Assembly: GCA_030529985.1 (NCBI GenBank)
Contig: JAUMVV010000001.1
Coordinates: forward strand, 17,333-81,332
Length of the DNA stretch: 64,000 nt
Direction: 5' to 3'
DNA from: Bacillota bacterium
GTDB taxonomy: Bacteria > Bacillota > Clostridia > Peptostreptococcales > Anaerovoracaceae
Shown here piece after piece: positions 31,334 through 41,604 of the stretch (the stretch's first letter is position 1; the number at the start of each line of letters is the position of its first letter). The notes under the pieces were generated by a model. That model made no database searches. It worked only from the letters and a program-made list of their open reading frames with translations, and was not told where the DNA came from. Position numbers and translations under genes: made by a program.

Positions 31334-32875
31334 ATGACAATCAGAATTGACGGACAAAGCCTGACTATCGAGGATGTTATCAGGGTCTGCAGAGATCACG
31401 AGAAAGTGGAGATCACTCCGGAGGCCAAGGAGGCGGTAAACAGATCCAGAGCGTATGTTGAAGAAAAGCTTAAAAATGATGCGGTGATTTACGGTCTGAC
31501 CACAGGCTTCGGGAGATTTGCCAATGTGAAAATTTCATTTGAAGATGCGGCACAGCTGCAGAAAAACCTGATTATCAGTCACACCTGCGCGATGGGGAAG
31601 CCTTACCCGAAGCGCTATGTCAGAGCGGCGATGCTGTTGAGATGCAATGCCCTTACAAGAGGCTTTTCGGGAATCAGACTTTCAACTGTACAGACGATGG
31701 TGGATATGCTTAATGCGGACATCATCCCTATTGTTCCCGAGAAAGGTTCAGTAGGATCATCGGGAGATCTGGCACCCCTGTCCTGTATCGCCCTTGGTCT
31801 TATCGGAATGGGCAAGGTGGAGTACAAGGGCAGAGTCGTTGAGGCGAAAGAGGCCTTTGACGCCGAAGGGCTCGTGCCTGTAGAGCTGGCCGCTAAAGAA
31901 GGTCTGGCTCTGAACAACGGAACACAGATGATGACAGCCGTAGGGCTCAATGTCCTCTACGATGCGATGCAGCTTCTGAAGACTGCAGATATTGCGGCAG
32001 CGATGACGGGAGAGGCGATGCATGCTATCAGGAAGGCATATGACCCTAAGGTTCATGCCATAAGAGGTCAGGAAGGACAGATGACAGAGGCGGAGAACAT
32101 GCGAGCTCTGCTGGAGGGATCCGAAAATGCCAAGTGGCTGCACGAGACGAAGGTGCAGGATCCGTATTCGCAGCGATGCATGCCGCAGATCCACGGCGCA
32201 TCGAGAGATGCTGTGGCATATGTATATGACAAGGTGTCACGGGAGATCAATGCCGTGACGGATAATCCTCTGGTGTTCGCAGATGAGGACGAGGTTATCT
32301 CAGGAGGAAATTTCCACGGGCAGCCTATGGCTCTTGCCTTTGATTTCCTGAAGATCGCGATTTCCGAACTGGCAAATGTTTCGGAGAGAAGGACAGAGAG
32401 ATTGGTCAATTCTCAGCTTTCGGAAGGGCTGCCTGCATTTCTCGTCAAGAAGGGCGGGCTGAATTCCGGATACATGATCGCACAGTATGCGGCAGCATCC
32501 ATGGTTTCGGAGAATAAGGTCTATGATCACCCTGCATGTGTTGACTCGATTCCTACCTCGGCAAATCAGGAGGATCATGTTTCAATGGGAACGACATCGG
32601 CGAGAACCGCAGCACTGGTTCTGGACGATGCACAGAAGGTTCTGGGAATTGAGCTTTCCGCAGCAGCTCAGGCCATCTGGCTCAGACAGGAGCAGGGAGA
32701 AGAGGGAATCGATAAGCTTTCGCCGGCAACTCGAGCGGCATACGATTATATAAGAACGAAGGCGGATCCAATCGAAGAGGACATCATAATGCTGGATGAA
32801 CTGGCGAAATTCGATGAAATGGTCAAGGATTTTTCGATCAACGACGCGGTGGAAGAAATTGTAAAACTCAAGTAG
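31334..32875 (+). CDS. hutH: Histidine ammonia-lyase
   Basis: YGLTTGFG, GSVGSSGDLAP (MIO site), KEGLALNNGT, QDPYSQRC, GGNFHG; start ATG 31334 after AAGGAG. Confidence 0.95.
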   Translation: MTIRIDGQSLTIEDVIRVCRDHEKVEITPEAKEAVNRSRAYVEEKLKNDAVIYGLTTGFGRFANVKISFEDAAQLQKNLIISHTCAMGKPYPKRYVRAAMLLRCNALTRGFSGIRLSTVQTMVDMLNADIIPIVPEKGSVGSSGDLAPLSCIALGLIGMGKVEYKGRVVEAKEAFDAEGLVPVELAAKEGLALNNGTQMMTAVGLNVLYDAMQLLKTADIAAAMTGEAMHAIRKAYDPKVHAIRGQEGQMTEAENMRALLEGSENAKWLHETKVQDPYSQRCMPQIHGASRDAVAYVYDKVSREINAVTDNPLVFADEDEVISGGNFHGQPMALAFDFLKIAISELANVSERRTERLVNSQLSEGLPAFLVKKGGLNSGYMIAQYAAASMVSENKVYDHPACVDSIPTSANQEDHVSMGTTSARTAALVLDDAQKVLGIELSAAAQAIWLRQEQGEEGIDKLSPATRAAYDYIRTKADPIEEDIIMLDELAKFDEMVKDFSINDAVEEIVKLK

Positions 32876-32887
32876 GGAGGGTTCACT

Positions 32888-34912
32888 ATGTTAGAAAACA
32901 GAGAAATATCAAAGGCTATGACCATCAAGCTTGACCCGGGATATCCGGAGATGCCCGGATTCAAGGAAGGAATCAGAAGGGCACCGGACAGGGGGTTCAG
33001 GCTGACAAAGGCTCAGGCTAAAATTGCACTGAAGAATGCATTGAGATATGTACCGGAGGAGCTTCACGAGAAGCTGGCGCCTGAATTCATGGAAGAGCTG
33101 ACCACTCTGGGCAGAGTGTATGCGTACAGGTACAGACCGGAAGGAAGAATCTACGGCAGACCGATCGATGAATACAAGGGGAAATGTCTGGCGGGAAAAG
33201 CCTTCCAGGTAATGATTGACAACAATCTGGATTTCGAAGTGGCGCTTTATCCGTACGAGCTGGTAACCTACGGTGAAACAGGATCTGTATGTCAGAACTG
33301 GCTTCAGTATAAGCTCATCAAAAAGTATCTGGAGGAGATGACAGAGGAACAGACGCTGGTGGTTGAATCGGGGCACCCTCTCGGACTGTTCCCTTCAAAG
33401 CCTGAAGCGCCGCGGGTAATAATTACAAATTCTATAATGATAGGAATGTACGACAACCTGGAGGACTGGGAAATCGCGGAGGAAATGGGCGTAGCAAACT
33501 ACGGACAGATGACCGCCGGGGGATGGATGTATATAGGACCGCAGGGAATCGTACACGGTACATTCAACACTATTCTCAACGCCGGGCGTAAGGAGCTGGG
33601 TATTCCCGAAGATGGGGATCTGGCGGGACACACCTTCGTTTCATCGGGACTTGGCGGCATGAGCGGGGCTCAGCCAAAGGCCGCCAACATCGCAGGAGCC
33701 GTGGGAATTTTCGCGGAAGTCGACAGATCAAGAATTGACACGAGACACAGTCAGGGATGGGTCGATGTGGTGTGCGAGGATCTGGACGAGGTGTTCAGAC
33801 TCGCGCAGGAAAAGCTGGATGCCAGGGAATCTGTTTCGATTGCGTACTGGGGCAATATCGTTGACCTTCTGGAGGCGGCGGTTGAGAGGAATTTCAACAT
33901 CGACCTGCTTTCGGATCAGACTTCATGCCATAATGCTTATGACGGCGGATACTGTCCGGTTGGTCTCACCTTCCAGAAGAGAACAGAGATGCTCCACCAT
34001 GACAGGGAGATGTTCTGTGAAATGGTCGATGCGTCACTGCACAGACATTATGCGGCGATAAAGACTCTGACTGAGAGGGGAACTTATTTCTTTGACTACG
34101 GTAATTCCTTTATGAAGGCTATGTACGATGCCGGTGTCAAGGAGCTGTCAAAGAACGGAGTTGACGATAAGGACGGATTTATCTGGCCTTCGTATGTTGA
34201 AGATATTATGGGGCCTGTTCTCTTTGACTACGGGTACGGTCCTTTCAGATGGGTCTGCCTGTCAGGCAAGCCGGAGGATCTGAGAGCAACCGATCAGGCG
34301 GCCATGGAGGTAATAGATCCTAACAGGAGGGGTCAGGACAGGGACAACTGGATATGGATAAGAGATGCCGAAAAGAATAAGCTGGTGGTAGGAACTCAGG
34401 CGCGAATCCTCTATCAGGATGCGGAGGGCAGGCGGGATATCGGACTGGCCTTCAACAAGCTGGTACGAGAAGGCAAGATAGGGCCTGTAATGATGGGAAG
34501 AGACCACCACGATGTTTCGGGAACGGATTCACCGTTCAGAGAGACTTCGAATATTAAGGATGGTTCAAATGTCATGGCGGACATGGCGGTTCAGTGCTAT
34601 GCGGGCAATGCGGCGAGAGGGATGAGTCTCTGTGCGCTTCACAACGGCGGCGGCGTCGGGATAGGCAAGGCTATCAATGGCGGGTTCGGCCTGCTTTTGG
34701 ACGGAAGCGAGAGAGTTGACAAGATACTTCATTCGGCGATGATGTGGGATGTTATGGGCGGAGTTGCCCGCCGAAACTGGGCGAGAAACGAACACGCCAT
34801 CGAAACATCGATTGAATATAACAGGAATTACGACGGCAAGGGTCATATCACCATACCGTACCTGGCAGAGGATTCACTGATTGAGGATGTTGTGGACAGG
34901 TTTGTGAAATAG
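32888..34912 (+). CDS. hutU: Urocanate hydratase (long type)
   Basis: YGQMTAGGWMYIGPQGIVHGT, GLGGMSGAQ, SDQTSCH, GRDHHD. Confidence 0.97.
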   Translation: MLENREISKAMTIKLDPGYPEMPGFKEGIRRAPDRGFRLTKAQAKIALKNALRYVPEELHEKLAPEFMEELTTLGRVYAYRYRPEGRIYGRPIDEYKGKCLAGKAFQVMIDNNLDFEVALYPYELVTYGETGSVCQNWLQYKLIKKYLEEMTEEQTLVVESGHPLGLFPSKPEAPRVIITNSIMIGMYDNLEDWEIAEEMGVANYGQMTAGGWMYIGPQGIVHGTFNTILNAGRKELGIPEDGDLAGHTFVSSGLGGMSGAQPKAANIAGAVGIFAEVDRSRIDTRHSQGWVDVVCEDLDEVFRLAQEKLDARESVSIAYWGNIVDLLEAAVERNFNIDLLSDQTSCHNAYDGGYCPVGLTFQKRTEMLHHDREMFCEMVDASLHRHYAAIKTLTERGTYFFDYGNSFMKAMYDAGVKELSKNGVDDKDGFIWPSYVEDIMGPVLFDYGYGPFRWVCLSGKPEDLRATDQAAMEVIDPNRRGQDRDNWIWIRDAEKNKLVVGTQARILYQDAEGRRDIGLAFNKLVREGKIGPVMMGRDHHDVSGTDSPFRETSNIKDGSNVMADMAVQCYAGNAARGMSLCALHNGGGVGIGKAINGGFGLLLDGSERVDKILHSAMMWDVMGGVARRNWARNEHAIETSIEYNRNYDGKGHITIPYLAEDSLIEDVVDRFVK

Positions 34913-35074
34913 CAGGGGCGCGGCACCGGCATACTCTACCGGCTGCGAGAGCGCTGCGGACGCCGGCACCGGACATCAGGAAGAAGGGCTTAGAGGATAA
35001 GTCACTGCGGGCGGCAGGCCTCATATCGGCGGCAAGTCTGAACGAACGCGAACATATTTTGATAGGATAAGGAA

Positions 35075-36322
35075 ATGAAAACTTTACTCAAGAACATCGG
35101 CTGTTTGCAGACTCCTGTGGGCAGCTGCAGCCATACCGGAGCGGCACAGGGCGAAAATGTTAAATACATGAATGCCGCAGTTGTCATGGAAGACGGCATA
35201 ATAAGTGATATACTCGATGGGGGCAGGCGCCCTTCGGGCAGTTTTGATGCCGAATACGATGCTGAGGGTTATCTGGTGACGCCGGGTCTGGTTGACGGAC
35301 ATACACATCTGGTATTTGGCGGCTACAGGCAGCATGAGGTGGCCATGAAGCTCAAGGGAGCGGACTACCTGGATATACTGAGGGCAGGAGGCGGGATACT
35401 GGACACGGTACGCAAGACCCGAGAAGCCTCTAAAGAAGAACTCTATATCAAGAGTACGGCATTTCTCGATGAGATGCTGGGAATGGGTGTTACGGCGGTT
35501 GAGGCCAAGAGCGGATACGGACTGGATACGAAAAACGAAATCAAGATGCTGGAAGTGATAAAGGAGCTCAACGAAAGGCATCCTCTTGATGTGGCTGCCA
35601 CCTTCATGGGACCCCATGCAGTTCCTCCGGAGTACGAGGGAAGAGACGATGAATACCTCGGCATGGTGATCGAGGAAATGCTGCCTGCCGTGAAAGAAAA
35701 GGGACTGGCAGAATTTTGCGACATTTTCTGCGAGGATTCCGTATTCAATGCGGAGCAGAGCCGAAAGTACCTGACGAGAGCGAAGGAGATGGGTTTTTCG
35801 TTAAAAATCCACGCCGATGAGATCGAAGCGATTGGAGGAGCTGAGCTTGCAGGAGAGCTGGGAGCCATTTCGGCAGAACACCTGATTGCCATAACAGAAT
35901 CGGGGCAGGAGGCTCTGGCAGCCGGAGGTGTGACAGCGATGTGCCTGCCGGCAACCTCCTTTTATCTGGGAAAGACCTTCGCTCCTGCCGGAGAAATGAT
36001 AGAGAAGGGGATCCCCGTAGCTATCGCCAGCGATTTCAATCCGGGATCATGCCCGTCGCTGAATTTGCAGTTTTGCATCAATCTGGGATGTCTCAAGTAC
36101 AGGATGACACCGGAAGAGGTTCTTACGGCGGTAACCATAAATCCGGCCTGCGGTATCGGCAGGGGAGATGTACTGGGGACAGTTGAACCGGGAAAGCAGG
36201 CGGATCTGGTGATATGGGATGCACCGGACTTTGAAATGGTATGCTACAGATTCGGTTCCAACATGTTGAAGAGAGTGATCAAGAGCGGCGAGATGGTCGC
36301 CGGATACGGAAAGCTGCGTTGA
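35075..36322 (+). CDS. hutI: Imidazolonepropionase
   Basis: PGLVDGHTH, EAKSGYGL, HADE, SAEHL, DFNPGS. Confidence 0.95.
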   Translation: MKTLLKNIGCLQTPVGSCSHTGAAQGENVKYMNAAVVMEDGIISDILDGGRRPSGSFDAEYDAEGYLVTPGLVDGHTHLVFGGYRQHEVAMKLKGADYLDILRAGGGILDTVRKTREASKEELYIKSTAFLDEMLGMGVTAVEAKSGYGLDTKNEIKMLEVIKELNERHPLDVAATFMGPHAVPPEYEGRDDEYLGMVIEEMLPAVKEKGLAEFCDIFCEDSVFNAEQSRKYLTRAKEMGFSLKIHADEIEAIGGAELAGELGAISAEHLIAITESGQEALAAGGVTAMCLPATSFYLGKTFAPAGEMIEKGIPVAIASDFNPGSCPSLNLQFCINLGCLKYRMTPEEVLTAVTINPACGIGRGDVLGTVEPGKQADLVIWDAPDFEMVCYRFGSNMLKRVIKSGEMVAGYGKLR

Positions 36323-36433
36323 AAAAGAAGAAAATAAGAATAAAAACGAGCCGCAGCAGCCTGAAACAGTACGGCACAGGAGCGGCGGACATATGTTAGC
36401 GCTATGAGTTGATAAATGCGAGGAGAAGAAGAA

Positions 36434-37060
36434 ATGAAATTGATCGACATGCAAGTAAAGGAGTATCTGGATATTCTGATAAGCGATGAACCGGCACCGG
36501 GCGGCGGAAGCGTAAGCGCGCTGGCAGGTGCGCAGGGAGCGGCACTCATGTCAATGGTGTGTGACCTGACGCTGATGAAGAAAAAGTATGCCGATGTGCA
36601 CGGACTGTGTGAGGAACTCAAGGCAGAGGCGGGGGAACTGTACCGCAAGCTGTCGGAGGCCATAGACAGGGATACAGATGCCTACAATCTGGTGGCGGCA
36701 GCATTCAAAATGCCTAAGGAAAGCGATGAGGATAAGGCAGCGAGAAAAAAGGCGATCGCAGACGGAACACTGGAGGCAACAAAGGTGCCATTCAGCGTTA
36801 TGCAGCTGGGTATGCAGGGACTGGAAATCGCAGACAAGCTTTACGGACATTTTAACACAAACTGTGCAAGCGACTACGGAGTTGGCGTTCTGAATTTCAT
36901 GGCGAGTATCAAGGGTGCATGGCTCAATGTCAAGATAAACCTGCCGGGTGTTAAGGATGAGGACTTTGCGGCTGCATGCGAAGCCGAAGGCAGGGAAATC
37001 ATGGCGAGGGGAGAAGAAATCGCGAAGAAGCTTTACGGTGAAATTGAAGCAGGTCTGTAA
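36434..37060 (+). CDS. Formiminotetrahydrofolate cyclodeaminase (cyclodeaminase/cyclohydrolase family)
   Basis: PAPGGGSVSAL, NVKINL; lies in the hut operon next to the formiminotransferase. Confidence 0.85.
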   Translation: MKLIDMQVKEYLDILISDEPAPGGGSVSALAGAQGAALMSMVCDLTLMKKKYADVHGLCEELKAEAGELYRKLSEAIDRDTDAYNLVAAAFKMPKESDEDKAARKKAIADGTLEATKVPFSVMQLGMQGLEIADKLYGHFNTNCASDYGVGVLNFMASIKGAWLNVKINLPGVKDEDFAAACEAEGREIMARGEEIAKKLYGEIEAGL

Positions 37061-37120
37061 AATCCGGAGACAGCATCCGGGAGAACTGTAGTTTAGCATT
37101 ATTATCAGGAGGAAAAGGAA

Positions 37121-38017
37121 ATGGCAAAAATAATTGAGAGTATTCCCAACATCAGTGAGGGAAGGAACAAGGAAGTAATCGAAGCATGTGTTGACCAGAT
37201 AAGAAACACACCCGGCTGCACGCTGCTGGACTACTCATCAGACGAGACCCATAACAGATCCGTGATCACATATATGGGTTCACCTGAAGCCTGTGAGGAG
37301 GCTTCGGTCAAGCTGGCAAAGAAGGCGGTCGAGCTCATCGACCTGACAAAGCACGAGGGGGGTCATCCGAGAATGGGCTGTGTTGATGTGATGCCTTTCG
37401 TTCCAATAAAGGAAGCTACAACGGAGGAGTGCATTGAGCTGTCGAAGAGAGTGGGAGAAAGAATAGCCGCCGAAGCTGACCTGCCGGTATTTCTCTATGA
37501 GGAATCAGCGAGTGCCAAGCACAGACAGAATCTGGCGAAAATCAGAAAGGGTCAGTTTGAAGGCATGGCCGAAAAGGTTAAGGAAGACAAGTGGATTCCT
37601 GATTTCGGAGGACAGCGAATCCACCCTACAGGCGGCGTTGTTGCAGTAGGTGCCCGTCCTCCTCTCATCGCATTCAATATCAATCTGGCGACGGACGATG
37701 AAGAAATTGCAAAGAAGATCGCCAATATTATCAGAGAGGTTAAGGGCGGCTTCAAGTGCGTGAAGGCTATGGGTCTTCTCATCGAAGAAAGAAACATCGC
37801 ACAGGTTTCAATCAACATGACAAATTTCAACATCACCCCGCTGCACAGGGTTCTGGAACTGGTTAGAAGAGAAGCCGCAAGATACGGAGTAAATGTAATA
37901 GGAACGGAGGTAATCGGTCTGGCTCCAATGAAGGCCTTCTTCGATGCAGCAGAATACTATCTGCAGATCGAGGACTTCCATCCTGAGGTACAGGTTATAG
38001 AGAATCATCTGCTGTAG
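37121..38017 (+). CDS. ftcD: Glutamate formimidoyltransferase
   Basis: IPNISEGR, HNRSV, HPRMGCVDVMPF, GARPPLIAFN. Confidence 0.93.
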   Translation: MAKIIESIPNISEGRNKEVIEACVDQIRNTPGCTLLDYSSDETHNRSVITYMGSPEACEEASVKLAKKAVELIDLTKHEGGHPRMGCVDVMPFVPIKEATTEECIELSKRVGERIAAEADLPVFLYEESASAKHRQNLAKIRKGQFEGMAEKVKEDKWIPDFGGQRIHPTGGVVAVGARPPLIAFNINLATDDEEIAKKIANIIREVKGGFKCVKAMGLLIEERNIAQVSINMTNFNITPLHRVLELVRREAARYGVNVIGTEVIGLAPMKAFFDAAEYYLQIEDFHPEVQVIENHLL

Positions 38018-38086
38018 AAGTACCGACAGGGGATTTGGGGTTTATTGCAGATTATTGAACCTTTATGCCAAAAAGGAGATCGAGAA

Positions 38087-38755
38087 ATGCAAAAACATAT
38101 CCTGACGGGCGAGTTGTCCCTGACAGAAGAAGTCGCTGAAATTCTGCGAATCAGAATTATCACCGGCGAATATGCCATGGGGGAAAAGCTGGTAGAAAAC
38201 AAGATAGCTGCGGAACTGAAGGTGAGCAGAACTCCCGTAAGGGATGCGTTCAGGCAGCTGGTAAAAGAAAAGCTCATGGAATATACTCCCAACAAGGGCT
38301 GCTTCGCGAGAGGCTTCACAGCGGAAGATATACGGGACATATATGCGGTCAGAGAGGCTGTGGAGCAGCTGGCTGTTGAGTGGGCGATAAACAAACGAAC
38401 GGAAGAGAGCCTTGCTCTGTTGAAGGAACAGATAGAGGTGATGGGTCTTTATACGGCAAAGAAGATGAACGAAAAGCTCTTTACGGCTAATGACGCTTTT
38501 AACAACACTATCTATCAGATGACTGAGAGCAGATTTATCGTGCAGGCACTGCAGACATATCAGGAGTACATACAGTCGGTTCGCAGAGGGATACTTGCCG
38601 GAGAGGAAACCCTTCAGGAAATATTCGAGGAGCACTTCCGCATATACGAGGCAATTACCGCAGGTGATGTGGAAAGAGCCAGAGAAGCGGTGCGAAAACA
38701 CCTGAGAAAATCCGCGAATAGAGTTGTAAGCAGATGGCGGGAAATGAAGAGATAG
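38087..38755 (+). CDS. GntR (FCD) family transcriptional regulator
   Basis: IAAELKVSRTPVRDA, EEHFRIYEAI; probable hut regulator. Confidence 0.88.
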   Translation: MQKHILTGELSLTEEVAEILRIRIITGEYAMGEKLVENKIAAELKVSRTPVRDAFRQLVKEKLMEYTPNKGCFARGFTAEDIRDIYAVREAVEQLAVEWAINKRTEESLALLKEQIEVMGLYTAKKMNEKLFTANDAFNNTIYQMTESRFIVQALQTYQEYIQSVRRGILAGEETLQEIFEEHFRIYEAITAGDVERAREAVRKHLRKSANRVVSRWREMKR

Positions 38756-38770
38756 CAACAGGAGACAGGA

Positions 38771-39004
38771 ATGTTTAATTTTCAGATGCTGGCAACAGCG
38801 AAACAGGCAAAAGCAAAATTCATGGCAAATCATCCCAAGGTGGAGCCTTTTATCCGGCAGATCGACAGCAAGGGCTTCTGTGAGGGGCAGGAAATCGCAA
38901 TAGCAGTAAGATATCCTGACGGAGAAGAAGTCAAGACGGGGATAAGGGTTTCCGCAGAGGATCTGGAGCTTCTGAACCTGCTGAAAAGTCTGGGAAGCAT
39001 GTAG
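38771..39004 (+). CDS. Small hypothetical protein
   Basis: RBS AGGAG, 77 aa, followed by a terminator. Confidence 0.7.
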   Translation: MFNFQMLATAKQAKAKFMANHPKVEPFIRQIDSKGFCEGQEIAIAVRYPDGEEVKTGIRVSAEDLELLNLLKSLGSM

Positions 39005-39029
39005 CAGATACATGACGGGAAAAAGCCCA

Positions 39030-39062
39030 CAAAACGGGACATCTGCGCGATGTCCCGTTTTG
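39030..39062 (+). terminator. Intrinsic terminator
   Basis: CAAAACGGGACATC-TGCGC-GATGTCCCGTTTTG. Confidence 0.8.
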
Positions 39063-39189
39063 GTGTTGCAGTTGTTGCGATGTGATTTTTTTCTGGGTGT
39101 TTCTGGTCGAAGACCGTTCTGTCTTCGAAACGTGATCGGATTCCACTTGTAGATTCCGTAAGATGAAGTCCACAAGGCGTGATGGTATA

Positions 39190-39217
39190 TTGACAAAATC
39201 CAATCATATACTATAAT
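39190..39217 (+). promoter_or_regulatory. Sigma-A promoter of the TA operon
   Basis: TTGACA-16 nt-TATAAT. Confidence 0.7.
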
Positions 39218-39268
39218 GGATGATAGAAAAAAACAAAAATTCTATCACCGGAAAAAGGGGACTGACAA

Positions 39269-39655
39269 TTGATTATAACAAGAGAAGAGATAAATGAGTA
39301 TTTAGCCAGTGTTAAAACAGCTATTCGGGCAGGACAATATCGAATTGAATTAAATGATAAAAGACAGGATAATCGACAGTTGTTTATTGACTATATCATA
39401 GATGAAGAATCAGTGAAACAGATTCTGTTGACACTAGAGGTGGATGATTTTTCTAAACGATCACCAAACGAGCATGAAGGGTTTGAGCATGAACAATTAT
39501 ACGTATTTGGCAAAGACGTTAATCTGCTTGAACGTTTTGGGGATGCAATCAAGACAGTTTCACTGTATATCAAGTTCAACTTTGTGGAAGAGCGTTATGT
39601 AATTGTGATATCTATCCATGAACAAAGGTATCCAATGAAATATTATTTCAGATAG
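39269..39655 (+). CDS. MqsR-like (RelE superfamily) toxin
   Basis: 128 aa; LYVFGK...LYIKF...VISIHE pattern; upstream of a Zn-ribbon/HTH antitoxin. Confidence 0.7.
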   Translation: MIITREEINEYLASVKTAIRAGQYRIELNDKRQDNRQLFIDYIIDEESVKQILLTLEVDDFSKRSPNEHEGFEHEQLYVFGKDVNLLERFGDAIKTVSLYIKFNFVEERYVIVISIHEQRYPMKYYFR

Positions 39656-39693
39656 TGTATGTGGGAGATTATGTATTGAAAGGAGCGAAAAAG

Positions 39694-40695
39694 ATGGATC
39701 AAAGGAGGAGCGAATTCTGTTTACATTGCAGAAAGCAAACAGAATACATACTGAAAAAGAAATCCATCGCAAAGACAGTTAGGGAGAAAGACTACATTTT
39801 TGAGATTACAACTGCTGTGTGTCCAATTTGTGGAGAAGAAATGAGTGTGCCTGGTCTGATTGATAAAAACATTCAGGAAATTGATTCTCAGTACAGAGCT
39901 GCTGAAAATCTAATAACTATTGATGAAATTGAAAACCTGATGAAGATTTATAAGATTGGGAAAGCTCCACTTTCTCTTGTGCTGGGTTTCGGAGAAGTGA
40001 CAATAGGGAGGTATATCAGCGGGCAGATTCCGTCAAAAGATTATTCCGATATTATGAAGAAAGCGTTGGCGTCACCTGCTTTCATGAAAGAATTGTTGAA
40101 TCGTAACAGAGAAAAAATTGCAGATACTGCCTATAGCAAAGCAATGGCGGCAGCAACTGGATTGGAGAACCTTTTCTCAGTTTCGGATAAAATGTTGCAG
40201 GTGATAGCATACATCTTCAACGTGTTGGAGGAGGTAACACCTCTGATGCTGCAGAAGTTATTGTATTTCGTTCAGGGCGTGCATTTTGCACTATATAAGG
40301 CTCCACTGTTTCGCGAGGATTGCCGCGCATGGGTGCATGGCCCAGTATATTCAGAAGTATATGATATGTTTAAGAGCTTCCACTATAATCCGATAGATGA
40401 TGCTAGATTTGCTGTTCTCGAAGGCGTAACAAATAACTTGACCGAAGAAGAAAAGAAGGTGATCGATCTTGTTATCAGCACTTTTGGATTATATGGTGGA
40501 AAGACATTAGAAAGAATCACACATAAAGAAGATCCTTGGATTACCGGGAGAAGGGGATTCGCAGATGGGATCCATTCTAATGAAGTTATGAGCAAAGACA
40601 GTATTAAAGACTACTTCATTAAATGTAATGACAGATTCGGATTTGATACTGAAGATGGACTAAAGAAGTACATTCAGCATATGCTGGACCAATAG
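39694..40695 (+). CDS. Antitoxin: MqsA-like Zn ribbon + HTH + Panacea (DUF4065/SocA) domain
   Basis: CLHC...CPICGE; LSLVLGFGEVTIGRYISGQIPS; LQKLLYF...AWVHGPV...THKEDPW; start ATG 39694 after AAGGAG. Confidence 0.82.
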   Translation: MDQRRSEFCLHCRKQTEYILKKKSIAKTVREKDYIFEITTAVCPICGEEMSVPGLIDKNIQEIDSQYRAAENLITIDEIENLMKIYKIGKAPLSLVLGFGEVTIGRYISGQIPSKDYSDIMKKALASPAFMKELLNRNREKIADTAYSKAMAAATGLENLFSVSDKMLQVIAYIFNVLEEVTPLMLQKLLYFVQGVHFALYKAPLFREDCRAWVHGPVYSEVYDMFKSFHYNPIDDARFAVLEGVTNNLTEEEKKVIDLVISTFGLYGGKTLERITHKEDPWITGRRGFADGIHSNEVMSKDSIKDYFIKCNDRFGFDTEDGLKKYIQHMLDQ

Positions 40696-40944
40696 CACTC
40701 ACATCAGGCTATAGCTGATTAAGAAATAAGAAAAGCTGGAGTCCAAACTCCAGCAATCCATTGTCACTGAATGATTATCGGTAACATAATGATAATGAGA
40801 GACATAAAAACAAAAGTAGTATCATCAGTTCTTGTAGATATATCTGCATTTCGTAACGCAGACTTTGATTTTATTGGGGTAAAATCCTCTCGGCTTTTAT
40901 CTTTCTTTTACAGGAGGCTTTGTTAAATTAAGGGAGGACTTAAA

Positions 40945-41589
40945 ATGCAGTATCTTATCCAGGGGCTGATCCTTGGTTTTGCTTATGTGGCACCGATTGG
41001 AACCCAGAATCTGTTCGTGATAAACACGGCACTTACACAGAGAAGAAGCAAGGTTTTGGTGACTGCAGGCATTGTGGCATTCTATGATATCACTTTAGGG
41101 GCGGCATGCTTCTTCGGGGTGGGTGCGCTGATAAGTGCGTTAAAATGGCTTCAGCTCATCATACTCGGCGTGGGATCGCTGGTAGTGATATGGATAGGGA
41201 TAGGTCTTCTCAGATCGGGAGGATCGCTTGAAAAAAGCGAGGCGGAAGAAAAGGGGAGAAATAAATCGATAGGGGCATACATCAGGTATGTGGCATGGAC
41301 AGCGATGGTCGTAACATGGTTCAACCCCCAGGCGCTGATTGACGGAACAATGCTGCTGGGAGCCTTCCGCGCATCGCTTCCCGGAAGCGCAGGGATCCTG
41401 TTTATCGTTGGAGTCTGCTGTGCCTCCCTGGGGTGGTGGTTCGGAATGTCATCCATCGTTAATCTCCTATCTGAGAAAATCAGCGACAAGTTGATTCGCG
41501 GGATCAACATAGTATGCGGAGCCATAATAATATTTTACGGCCTTAAGCTGGTGTATAACTTTATCCGGCTGGCATGCCCGGGGCTGTAG
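40945..41589 (+). CDS. LysE/ArgO family amino acid exporter
   Basis: APIGTQNLFVI, TWFNPQALID, multiple TM segments. Confidence 0.88.
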   Translation: MQYLIQGLILGFAYVAPIGTQNLFVINTALTQRRSKVLVTAGIVAFYDITLGAACFFGVGALISALKWLQLIILGVGSLVVIWIGIGLLRSGGSLEKSEAEEKGRNKSIGAYIRYVAWTAMVVTWFNPQALIDGTMLLGAFRASLPGSAGILFIVGVCCASLGWWFGMSSIVNLLSEKISDKLIRGINIVCGAIIIFYGLKLVYNFIRLACPGL

Positions 41590-41604
41590 CACAACGAGCC
41601 GGGG

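Noticed and set aside
30721-31399. Minus-strand ORFs of 144 and 179 aa over the parB-hutH gap
   Set aside because: They read through parS, a terminator and the intron RNA remnant; not protein-like
34913-35074. GC-rich hutU-hutI spacer with repeated CGGCACCGG
   Set aside because: No convincing stable structure or known RNA motif
38063-39196. 377 aa minus-strand ORF
   Set aside because: Antisense to the GntR gene and the small ORF, and crosses a terminator
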